A stretch of DNA of 64,000 nt. It comes from Clostridia bacterium (lineage in GTDB: Bacteria; Bacillota; Clostridia; Oscillospirales; RGIG577). The DNA is taken from contig JAFWDJ010000007.1 in NCBI GenBank assembly GCA_017513095.1, positions 39,733 to 103,732 on the forward strand, written 5' to 3'. Positions 37,492 to 45,735 of this stretch are shown one piece after another. Within the stretch, counting starts at the first letter, position 1. Every line of letters starts with the position of its first letter. Position numbers and translations under genes: made by a program. The notes beneath the pieces are model-generated. The model was given only the letters and a program-made list of their open reading frames with translations. It was not told the origin of the DNA and ran no database searches.

Positions 37492-38667
37492 TTACATCTT
37501 CTCGATAACTACGGCCTCGCCCATGCCGCCGCCGATGCAGAGCGTTGCGATGCCCTTCTCGCCCGCCTTAAGCTCATGGATAAGAGTTACGAGTATGCGG
37601 CAGCCGGATGCGCCTATCGGGTGGCCTATCGCGATTGCGCCGCCCTTGGGATTGAGCTGCTCGTCCTTGATGCCGAGCTCACGGCCGACCTGTACCGCCT
37701 GAGCCGCGAAAGCTTCGTTTGCCTCGATATACTTCATGTCCTCAACCTTGAGGCCGCACTTCGAAAGAGCGTCGCGTACCGACGGTATCGGGCCGAGACC
37801 CATATAAGCCGGGTCAACGCCCTTGGAGCCGGTAGCTATGATGCGCGCCTGCGGCTTTAAGCCGTGAGCCTTTACAAATTCCTCGCTCGCAACGATTACT
37901 GCTGCGGCGCCGTCGTTTATGCCGGATGCGTTAGCCGCCGTAACGGTACCGTCCTTCTTGAACGCCGGCTTAAGGCCCGCGATCTTTTCAAGCGTGGTGT
38001 TGCCCTTTACGTATTCGTCGGTGTCGAATACAATGGGATCGCCCTTCTTCTGCGGGATGGTGATGGGAACTATCTCGTCCTTGAACGCGCCCGACGCGAT
38101 AGCCGCAGCCGCCTTCTTCTGGGATGCAACGGCAAATTCGTCCTGCATCTGTCTCGTAACGCCGTATTTCTCGGCTACGTTCTCGGCGGTGATGCCCATG
38201 TGATAGTTGTTGAAAACGTCCCACAGACCGTCGTTTATCATAACGTCTATAAGCTGCTGGTTGCCCATCTTAACGCCGGTGCGTATGCCCTTAACGGCAT
38301 AAGGCGTATTGCTCATGCTCTCAGCACCGCCTGCGATTACGCACTGGTTCTCACCTGCAAGAATGGATCTGTACGCCAGCGTTACCGCATGAAGCGCCGA
38401 GCCGCAGACCTTATTGATGGTCGTTGCCGGAACCTCAACGGGTACGCCTGCAGCGATAGCCATCTGACGGGCGGGGCTCTGTCCCTGAGCTGCCTGGAGA
38501 ACGTTGCCCATTACTACTTCGTCAACATCGGCTGCCGACACGCCCGCTCTCTTTAAAGCTTCCTTTATTACTTCAGCACCCATCTGACTTGCGGTAAGCT
38601 TGGCAAGGGAACCGCTGAAGCTGCCTACTGCCGTTCTGCATGCACCAATAAGATATACGTTTTTCAT
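37492..38667 (-). CDS. thlA: Acetyl-CoA acetyltransferase (thiolase)
   Basis: Active-site contexts INKVCGSAL, NASGINDGAA and CIGGGMGEA. The start was chosen at MKNVYLIGA after a GAGG RBS. Confidence 0.9.
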   Translation of the reverse strand: MKNVYLIGACRTAVGSFSGSLAKLTASQMGAEVIKEALKRAGVSAADVDEVVMGNVLQAAQGQSPARQMAIAAGVPVEVPATTINKVCGSALHAVTLAYRSILAGENQCVIAGGAESMSNTPYAVKGIRTGVKMGNQQLIDVMINDGLWDVFNNYHMGITAENVAEKYGVTRQMQDEFAVASQKKAAAAIASGAFKDEIVPITIPQKKGDPIVFDTDEYVKGNTTLEKIAGLKPAFKKDGTVTAANASGINDGAAAVIVASEEFVKAHGLKPQARIIATGSKGVDPAYMGLGPIPSVRDALSKCGLKVEDMKYIEANEAFAAQAVQVGRELGIKDEQLNPKGGAIAIGHPIGASGCRILVTLIHELKAGEKGIATLCIGGGMGEAVVIEKM

Positions 38668-39019
38668 TACTGTCACCTCTCGTAAATATTTTTATAATAA
38701 TTATAACCTGAGATTTATGGAACATCTCCTGTTCCAATTAAATATTAGCATTTTAATCATTGAATTGCAATATCTTTCACGAATTTTAATGCAATTTTAA
38801 TAAACATTGTTGATTTTTTATCAAACTAAGGGGGCGTTTTTGAGCAAAAATTATAACTAATGAACAATCGAAGCCCTTTTTAATCCCGTGCGGGCACAAA
38901 ATCGCACAATAAAATTGACACCCCGCTTCCGATTTTGTATGATATAGTCAAATCAGCGGCGTATTCGCCGAGTGTCAAAAAAACAATAAATATAATTATA
39001 AAGAACGGAGATGTTATTT

Positions 39020-39544
39020 ATGATCTATGCATTTGACGGCCACTCCCCCGTTATCGAAGAGGGCGCATATGTAAGCGAAACGGCGATAGTCATCGGCGAC
39101 GTTTTCATCGGCAGGGACTGCTACATAGGCCACGGCGCCGTGATCCGCGGCGACTACGGCCGCGTCGAGATCGGCGAAGGCACGGCGGTCGAGGAGGGCG
39201 TTATAATCCATGCGCCGCCCGGCAGAGCATGCAAAATAGGAAAGCGCGTGACCTTCGGCCACGGCGCGATAATCCATTCGAGGGTCATTGAGGACTTCGT
39301 ACTCGTCGGCATGGGCGCAATAACGAGCCTCGGCACCGAAATCGGCGAGTTCGCGATAATCGCCGAAGGTTCCGTCGTAAAGATGATGGACAAGATACCG
39401 CCGCGCGTCATGGCGGCGGGCTCTCCCGCGCGCGTTATACGCCCCGTAAGCGACCGCGAGTTTGAGTTCTGGAAAGAGGACAAGCAGAATTACGTGGACC
39501 TCGCGCACAAGTATTTAAAGCAGGGCATGCAGCGTATCGGCTGA
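39020..39544 (+). CDS. Gamma-carbonic-anhydrase-like / hexapeptide-repeat (PaaY/CaiE-like) protein, paralog 1
   Basis: MIYAFDGHSPVIEEGAYVSETAIVIGDV with left-handed beta-helix repeats. Confidence 0.8.
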   Translation: MIYAFDGHSPVIEEGAYVSETAIVIGDVFIGRDCYIGHGAVIRGDYGRVEIGEGTAVEEGVIIHAPPGRACKIGKRVTFGHGAIIHSRVIEDFVLVGMGAITSLGTEIGEFAIIAEGSVVKMMDKIPPRVMAAGSPARVIRPVSDREFEFWKEDKQNYVDLAHKYLKQGMQRIG

Positions 39545-39645
39545 ATATGACCTATATTTGACATCCGGCCTTTCTTTTTTATATAATGTAACCGATATTA
39601 AAATATGTCGCGCACATATAATAAAAAAGAACGGAGATGTAAAAA

Positions 39646-40170
39646 ATGATCTATGCTTTTGACGGACACAGCCCCGTTATCGAAGAGGGCGCATACGTAA
39701 GCGAGACCGCGATAGTTATAGGCGACGTCGTAGTGGGCAAGGGCGCATACGTCGGCCACGGCGTTATCCTTCGCGGCGACTACGGCCGCATCGAGATAGG
39801 CCCCGAAACGGCCGTTGAGGAAGGCGTTATCGTTCACGCGCCGCCGAACGACGTGTGCAAAATAGGAAAGCGCGTGACACTGGGTCACGGCGCGATAATC
39901 CACTCGAAGGAGATCGAGGATTTCGTCGTTATCGGCATGGGCGCCGTTACGAGCCTCGGCACCGTTATCGGCGAATACTCCATCGTAGCCGAGGGCGCGG
40001 TAGTAAAGATGAACGCGAAGATTCCGCCTAAGGTAGTCGTTGCAGGCTCGCCCGCAAAGGAGGTGCGCCCCGTTTTGGAGCGCGACACGAAGCTCTGGTC
40101 GATGGGCAAGCAGCTCTACGTCGATCTTGCGCAGAAGTATCTTAAGATCGGCATGCAGCGTCTTGATTAA
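39646..40170 (+). CDS. Gamma-carbonic-anhydrase-like / hexapeptide-repeat protein, paralog 2
   Basis: The first 28 residues are identical to paralog 1. The RBS contexts are also similar (gaacggagatgt...). Confidence 0.8.
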   Translation: MIYAFDGHSPVIEEGAYVSETAIVIGDVVVGKGAYVGHGVILRGDYGRIEIGPETAVEEGVIVHAPPNDVCKIGKRVTLGHGAIIHSKEIEDFVVIGMGAVTSLGTVIGEYSIVAEGAVVKMNAKIPPKVVVAGSPAKEVRPVLERDTKLWSMGKQLYVDLAQKYLKIGMQRLD

Positions 40171-40231
40171 AGAAGCATATAAAAACGGCGCGGGAAAAAA
40201 CCCGCGCCGTTTTGCGTTTTTGCCGTTTTTA

Positions 40232-40591
40232 TCAGGTCGCCGCCGCAAAGAGAACGCCGACCAAAGCTATCGCGATGATGAAAGCGACCAGGCAGACGAT
40301 CACGGAGATAAGCGAAAGCACAAATCCCGCCGTCTGCATACCGCCCACAAAGCCGAGCTTTTTTGCCTTTCTCGACATAACGATGCCTACGATGCCCAAG
40401 ATGATGCCGATTATCGCGCCCTTGCCCGTAAAGCAGAGTATCACGGCGATAATGCCGCACACAAGGCTTATTATGGCCTGCGTCCTTCCCGGCACGTAAT
40501 TGTTGACCGGATAATTGTTGTTGTTATTATTGTTGTAGCTGTTGTAGTCGTTAATGTTGTTATTGTTGTTATTGTTGTTATCGTTCTGCAT
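40232..40591 (-). CDS. Small membrane protein with a poly-Asn N-terminus (DUF4190-like)
   Basis: MQNDNNNNNNNNINDYNSYNNNNNNNYPVNNY followed by 3 hydrophobic helices. Confidence 0.6.
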   Translation of the reverse strand: MQNDNNNNNNNNINDYNSYNNNNNNNYPVNNYVPGRTQAIISLVCGIIAVILCFTGKGAIIGIILGIVGIVMSRKAKKLGFVGGMQTAGFVLSLISVIVCLVAFIIAIALVGVLFAAAT

Positions 40592-40664
40592 AATAACACT
40601 CCTCTCCGAAAAACGATTTCAGCTTAGCTGCATTCCGTACAAAGCATGCCCGAAAGGCGGCTCA

Positions 40665-41018
40665 TTATTTTAGACGAACGAACGTCACCCCATGGTTCCC
40701 GCGATTTAAATCGCGCTCGCGTCTTAATTCATCACATTCGTCCAAAAGCCTTACAGTCTCGGCGTTGAATATCGAAAAATCCTCGCCCTTTACGTAGAAC
40801 GCGACCGCGCCGCTCTCTTTGAGCTCAGAAAGCCTTGCGCGAACACCGTTTTTAAGCCTTCCGCCCTTCCCCGACGAGCCGTAGCCGTGAATGAGCTTTA
40901 TTATGCCTGTCTTCAGAGCCTTTGAATACTTTATCTCACTCTCGAGCCGCGTCAATGCCTCGGCAAGCGTCGGGCGTCCGTCCTCTAAGTTTACCGTTCT
41001 GTACGAAGTCTTTTTCAT
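40665..41018 (-). CDS. Smr-domain protein
   Basis: IIKLIHGYGSSGKGGRLKNGVRARL matches the Smr core (hGxG). Confidence 0.7.
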   Translation of the reverse strand: MKKTSYRTVNLEDGRPTLAEALTRLESEIKYSKALKTGIIKLIHGYGSSGKGGRLKNGVRARLSELKESGAVAFYVKGEDFSIFNAETVRLLDECDELRRERDLNRGNHGVTFVRLK

Positions 41019-41025
41019 GAAAGCG

Positions 41026-41955
41026 TCAGAGCTTGAAATTCTTTAAAATATCCTCGGCGTCGCGGCAGATGTCAACGATAATGTCGCGCGCGGGCTTTAC
41101 GTCGTGAATAATGCCCGCGATCTGGCCGCACATGAGCGAGCCGTCGGTCATGTCTCCGCCGTGCACCGCGTTTCCGACGCTTGAAACAAGAACGTTGTGG
41201 AACGTCTTGCCGTCGCCGTTACGCTCGGCCTCTAAAAGCTTTTCGGAGGCGTTCGTGCGAAGGCCTCTCACGCCGTGGCGCAGCGCGCGTCCCATGATAA
41301 CGGTCGCGGTATCATTAGCGCCCACAACCGCCGCCTTGCAGTTGTCGTGTATCTCGCACTCCTCGCTTGCCAAAAATCTTGTGCCCATCTGTATGCCGCG
41401 CGCGCCTAAAATGAACATGGCGGCCATCGTGCGTCCGTCGGCAATGCCGCCCGCAGCGATTACGGGTATCTTTACGGCGTCGCACACCTGCGGAATAAGT
41501 GGGAGCGTCGTCGTCTCGCCTATAAATCCGCCCGACTCCATGCCCTCGGCCACAACGGCGTCGACGCCTATGGCCTCCATCTTCTTCGCGGTCTTAACGT
41601 TAGGGATAACGGGCACGACCTTTATGCCGTTTGCCTTGAACTTCGGCATGAAGCGCTCGGGGCTGCCCGCGCCGCTCATAACTATCTTTACGCCCTTTTC
41701 AATGATTATGTCGGTCATCTCATCAGCGTTGTCGCTTCTCATAAGAAGGTTTACGGCGAACGGCTTATTCGTAAGAGCCTTCGTTTCGTCTATCTGGCGC
41801 CTGAGCTCGTCGGGCTTTAGCATTCCCGACGCCAAAACGCCGAGTCCGCCCGCCTCCGATACGGCCGCCGCGAGACGCGGCGATGATACGGCCGCCATTG
41901 CTCCGCATATAACGGGATATTCTATGCCCAAAACTTCGGTAACGCTTGTTTTCAT
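41026..41955 (-). CDS. Nitronate monooxygenase / FabK-like FMN-dependent enoyl reductase
   Basis: LGIEYPVICGAMAAVSSPRLAAAVSEAGGLGVLASG, a TIM-barrel NMO family protein. Confidence 0.8.
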   Translation of the reverse strand: MKTSVTEVLGIEYPVICGAMAAVSSPRLAAAVSEAGGLGVLASGMLKPDELRRQIDETKALTNKPFAVNLLMRSDNADEMTDIIIEKGVKIVMSGAGSPERFMPKFKANGIKVVPVIPNVKTAKKMEAIGVDAVVAEGMESGGFIGETTTLPLIPQVCDAVKIPVIAAGGIADGRTMAAMFILGARGIQMGTRFLASEECEIHDNCKAAVVGANDTATVIMGRALRHGVRGLRTNASEKLLEAERNGDGKTFHNVLVSSVGNAVHGGDMTDGSLMCGQIAGIIHDVKPARDIIVDICRDAEDILKNFKL

Positions 41956-42043
41956 TATTATGCCTCCTTATACTTCTATTTTACAGTACTTACTATAAAA
42001 TACCACGCGGCGCATAAAAGCGCAAGCGCGTTTTGATACTATA

Positions 42044-42976
42044 TCACAGCAGCTTCTTTATATTGAGTATGATGACCGCGGCAAGCGAGCAGGCAAGCGA
42101 TATCGCGAGCACCGTCCAGAATCCGGTGGGAGAGCCTGCGAACGGCACGTTTACGTTCATGCCCCACAGGCTTGCGATAAGCGTAGGCACCGAAATAACT
42201 ATCGTAAGCGAAGTCAGCACCTTCATGACGATGTTTAAGTTGTTCGAGATTACCGATGCGAAGGCGTCCATGGTGCCGCTTAAAATGTCGCGGTAGATGG
42301 CGCACATCTCCATTGCCTGCTTGTTCTCTATGATTACGTCCTCGAGAAGGTCGAGGTCATCGGGATATTCCTTTATGAACGGCATACGCAAAAGCTTCTC
42401 CATGACTACCTCGTTCGATTTTATCGACGTCGAGAAGTAAACGAGCGACTTTTCGAGCTTGAGCATCTGTATAAGCTCCTCGTTCTTCATCGATTTGTGA
42501 AGCTCTCTTTCAACGCGCGTCGAGGATTTGTCTATCTGCTTTAAGTAAAACAGGAATTTCGCCGCGTTCTTATAAAGTATCTGAAGCACGAAGCGGTTCT
42601 TCTTTTTCGTGGAGTATCTTAACACCCGCGTATTGTGGAACTGACTTAATATCTCCACGTCGCGAAGGCAGACGGTCACGATATTGTGCGGAGTGTAGAT
42701 TATGCCGAGCGGTATGGCGTTGTGAAGCTCAAGACCCTGCTCCTCAGCCACAACGGGAGTATCGACCAAGATGAGCGTCGCTTCCTCTTCTATTTCGAGA
42801 CGCGCGCGCTCCTCTTCGTCCGTCGCGGCCTTTATAAAGTCAAGCTCAATGTTTAACTTGTTTGCGACGAACTGCATCTCTTCCTCGGTAGGGGCGACAA
42901 GTTTGACCCAGCTTCCCGGCTCAATAGTATCTATTTCTCTTGTTATATCGCTCTCGGTGCGGTAGATGGAAATCAA
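42044..42976 (-). CDS. corA: CorA-family magnesium/cobalt transporter
   Basis: C-terminal two TM helices with the signature WGMNV. Confidence 0.9.
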   Translation of the reverse strand: MISIYRTESDITREIDTIEPGSWVKLVAPTEEEMQFVANKLNIELDFIKAATDEEERARLEIEEEATLILVDTPVVAEEQGLELHNAIPLGIIYTPHNIVTVCLRDVEILSQFHNTRVLRYSTKKKNRFVLQILYKNAAKFLFYLKQIDKSSTRVERELHKSMKNEELIQMLKLEKSLVYFSTSIKSNEVVMEKLLRMPFIKEYPDDLDLLEDVIIENKQAMEMCAIYRDILSGTMDAFASVISNNLNIVMKVLTSLTIVISVPTLIASLWGMNVNVPFAGSPTGFWTVLAISLACSLAAVIILNIKKLL

Positions 42977-43099
42977 AAGAATCGCCTCCCCATATAGTTT
43001 TGTATTTTATTTTACCATATTTCGCACGTTTTCACAATATGCGAAGCGTAATTTTTACGATTGAATTTTACTATTAAAATTTTGACAGTATTATTTTTC

Positions 43100-43137
43100 T
43101 TTTAGTACTTGACAATACATAATACTAAAATTATAAT
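43100..43137 (+). promoter_or_regulatory. Consensus promoter (TTGACA, 17 nt, TATAAT) embedded in the inverted repeat TTTTAGTA, 15 nt, TACTAAAA; likely PadR auto-operator
   Basis: The -35 is at 43109-43114 and the -10 at 43132-43137. The inverted-repeat arms are at 43100-43107 and 43123-43130. Confidence 0.6.
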
Positions 43138-43199
43138 AACAGCAGAGCAAAAAAACATCCGCCGCGTTCACAGGCGGAACAACAGGTGGTGATACCGCT

Positions 43200-43514
43200 T
43201 TGAATACTCAATTCAAGAAAGGCGTGCTGGAGCTTGTGGTACTAATGTCGCTTTCCAAAAAGGACATGTACGGCTATGAGCTCGTAAGCGAGGTGTCAAA
43301 GATTATCGACGTAAACGAGGGCACGATATATCCCCTCTTAAAGCGCCTTACGAACGAGCGATACTTCGATACTTATTTAAAGGAATCAAGCGAGGGCCCG
43401 CCGCGAAAATATTATCATCTCACGGCGCTCGGCCGCGAATATAAGGACGACCTGAAAAAAGAGTGGCTTAAATTCCACAGGAAGGTCGACGAATTCATAA
43501 AATCTGACGTATAG
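43200..43514 (+). CDS. padR: PadR-family transcriptional regulator
   Basis: KKGVLELVVLMSLSKKDMYGYELVSEV...EGTIYPLLKRLTNERY, with a TTG start. Confidence 0.9.
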   Translation: MNTQFKKGVLELVVLMSLSKKDMYGYELVSEVSKIIDVNEGTIYPLLKRLTNERYFDTYLKESSEGPPRKYYHLTALGREYKDDLKKEWLKFHRKVDEFIKSDV

Positions 43515-43534
43515 TCACGGGAGGTGCGAATACA

Positions 43535-44590
43535 TTGAAAAAACAGGAATTTCTGGACCGTCTTGCCGAGAAGCTCGCGGTCCTTAACGAAAAAGAGCGC
43601 AGCGATATATTGTCGGAGTACTCGCAGCACATTGATATGAAGACGGCCGAAGGCCAGAGCGAGGAGGACGCGATAGCCGATTTCGGCGACCCGGACGAGC
43701 TTGCGCGCGAGATTCTCGATGCGTACAACATTGATCCCGATTACGCGAAAGGAAAGCACGAGCGTGACCGCTCCTTTGAAAAGATGGTCGCCGATAAGGT
43801 GTCGGGCTTTACCGCTTGGATGAACCGCACAGCCGACACGCTGTCGAAAAAGAGCTCGAAGCAGATAGTCGGCATTGTGATAAAGCTTATTCTGCTTGTC
43901 ATAGTACTTTTGCTGCTTCGCATACCGGTGGGGCTTCTCACCTCGCTTTCGGCTGCCGTTTTCCTCGCGCTTCCCTACTCGGTCGGCAGCGCGGTAAACA
44001 TTATTATCGCCGTGCTTATAAACGTCGTATACGTCATCGTCGTATGCTACGCGCTGTACGTCTTCTTTAAGCGCGTCGCAAACGACGGCTATACGGGCGA
44101 AAAGGAGGCAAAGGACTTTATGAACGGAATGAATAACGAGCCGTATGAAGAAAGCGGCGCGCAGAAGGAAAACACCGCCTCAGGCGGCGAAAAAAAGTAT
44201 CACGGCTTTACGTGGCAGGACAGAACGGTCGACGACGTCTCAGGCGCGTCGTCCGGCAGTACAGGTGCGGCGTCCGGAGGCGATACGCCCAAAAAAGGCG
44301 ACTCCTCCGCTTCGGCGGCGCACGTTTTCGGCACGATCTTAGGCGTAATCTTAAAAATAATCGTCGTAATCATTATGATACCCGTTATCCTAATCGGCAT
44401 AATATCCGTCGTGGGCCTCGGCGCGAGCATCGCGCTCGTCATCCAGGGCTTCGGCGTAGTCGGAATAATGCTCATCGCATTGGGCGTAACGCTCTGCCTG
44501 CTTGCAATCATCTGGGCGGTGTTCAAGGCGCTCTTCGGAAAGAAGCGGCCGCCTGAGAACAGCCCCGCGGCGGGCGCAAAGGAGGTGTGA
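43535..44590 (+). CDS. DUF1700-type membrane protein (PadR-associated)
   Basis: The N-terminus MKKQEFLDRLAEKLAVLNEKERSDILSEYSQHI is typical of DUF1700/HAAS proteins. Several TM segments follow. Confidence 0.7.
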   Translation: MKKQEFLDRLAEKLAVLNEKERSDILSEYSQHIDMKTAEGQSEEDAIADFGDPDELAREILDAYNIDPDYAKGKHERDRSFEKMVADKVSGFTAWMNRTADTLSKKSSKQIVGIVIKLILLVIVLLLLRIPVGLLTSLSAAVFLALPYSVGSAVNIIIAVLINVVYVIVVCYALYVFFKRVANDGYTGEKEAKDFMNGMNNEPYEESGAQKENTASGGEKKYHGFTWQDRTVDDVSGASSGSTGAASGGDTPKKGDSSASAAHVFGTILGVILKIIVVIIMIPVILIGIISVVGLGASIALVIQGFGVVGIMLIALGVTLCLLAIIWAVFKALFGKKRPPENSPAAGAKEV

Positions 44591-44593
44591 GCC

Positions 44594-45373
44594 GTGACGT
44601 ATAAAAAGCTTTTGATAATATTTATAATAGGAATAATCCTCGTCGGCGCGGGCGCGGGCGTTTCAGTAGCCGAATTCGGAAGCTACCGCAATATGGGCGA
44701 AAAAACGATTCCGAGCAGCGAGGAGGACATAAGGACGGAAAGCTTCGATATAGTGCTTTCGGGCTCCCCCGAGGACAGAAGGGTGACGCTTGAGCTTAAC
44801 CCCTACGATCAGCGGCTTAACGCTGTCGTACCCGTCTTCACAGAGGACGAGTCACTGACGGACGGCCTTATCCGCATTGAAACGAAGTACAACGGCCGTT
44901 ATTACTATATGGACGTGGAACATTCGCGGATTCTTACGGTCGACGGCGAGGAAAAACCCGATTTCGGCTACGACGCAGAGCTCGGACGGTATTACTACAT
45001 TAAGACCGTCGAAGACGAATACTCCTTCGACGACGAGGAATATTTCGACGAGGACGGATACATCGGCGGCGAGGAATATTTCGACGAGGACGAATACTTT
45101 GACAAGGACGAATACAATGGCGGCGATGACGTAATCGTGTCCCCCCGCGCGGAAAAAATATATCCCGAAACGGGGCATTATAAGGTGAACGAGGATATAA
45201 CGGTCTATTCGTACACCGCACACTCCGCCTTCTTCGGAATTCCGAACGGCGTGAGCATTGCCGACGTGCTCGAGGACTTAAAGCACAGGGAGATATACAC
45301 GTACGTAAGACCCGCCGACTTTTCGGTGACCGTTTTCGGAAACAAAAGTACTCTCGCGGAAATAGAATACTAA
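44594..45373 (+). CDS. Membrane-anchored hypothetical protein, third gene of the padR operon
   Basis: GTG start, N-terminal TM helix and an acidic DEEYFDEDGY repeat region. Confidence 0.55.
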   Translation: MTYKKLLIIFIIGIILVGAGAGVSVAEFGSYRNMGEKTIPSSEEDIRTESFDIVLSGSPEDRRVTLELNPYDQRLNAVVPVFTEDESLTDGLIRIETKYNGRYYYMDVEHSRILTVDGEEKPDFGYDAELGRYYYIKTVEDEYSFDDEEYFDEDGYIGGEEYFDEDEYFDKDEYNGGDDVIVSPRAEKIYPETGHYKVNEDITVYSYTAHSAFFGIPNGVSIADVLEDLKHREIYTYVRPADFSVTVFGNKSTLAEIEY

Positions 45374-45411
45374 CGCTCTCCCCCTGCGGGCCCATGCCCG
45401 CATAATATAAA

Positions 45412-45440
45412 GCGGAAGCCGCTTTCACGGCTTCCGCTTT
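45412..45440. repeat. 29-bp terminator hairpin, left copy of a perfect direct duplication
   Basis: GCGGAAGCCGctttcaCGGCTTCCGCttt is identical to 45705-45733. Confidence 0.95.
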
Positions 45441-45704
45441 ATGCTGTCAAAAAAGGGTCGGACCGCCGAAAAGGATAAAATATCAGAACAAATAATGTGT
45501 GCAGCCATTTTACAAATCAAAAATTCCGGCACATCGTATCAGCGCGGCTTTTGCGCCGTAACCTTTGGGTTACGGCGTTTTCGGCTATATGCCGATTGCC
45601 TTCTCTGCCGTATTTAATACGCCGACGTTCGGCAATCGACAATTCCAACCTCTTTTTTTGGCACCCTGTCAGCGTGTCGAAATAGTGTGTTTCGACACGC
45701 TGAC
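45441..45704 (+). repeat. Structured repeat element, copy 2 (plus orientation), 264 bp
   Basis: It starts atgCTGTCAAAAAAGGG and ends with a perfect 15-bp hairpin GTCAGCGTGTCGAAA...TTTCGACACGCTGAC. It is homologous to the reverse complement of 35491-35731. Confidence 0.85.
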
Positions 45705-45733
45705 GCGGAAGCCGCTTTCACGGCTTCCGCTTT
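45705..45733. repeat. 29-bp terminator hairpin, right copy of the duplication
   Basis: Identical to 45412-45440 and followed by an extended T-run. Confidence 0.95.
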
Positions 45734-45735
45734 TT

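Noticed and set aside
38807-38826. Rex-like operator (TTGTTGATTTTTTATCAAAC) in the thl upstream region
   Set aside because: It is only a loose, over-long approximation of the TTGTTAA-N4-TTAACAA consensus, and the half-sites are imperfect. The evidence is insufficient to annotate it.
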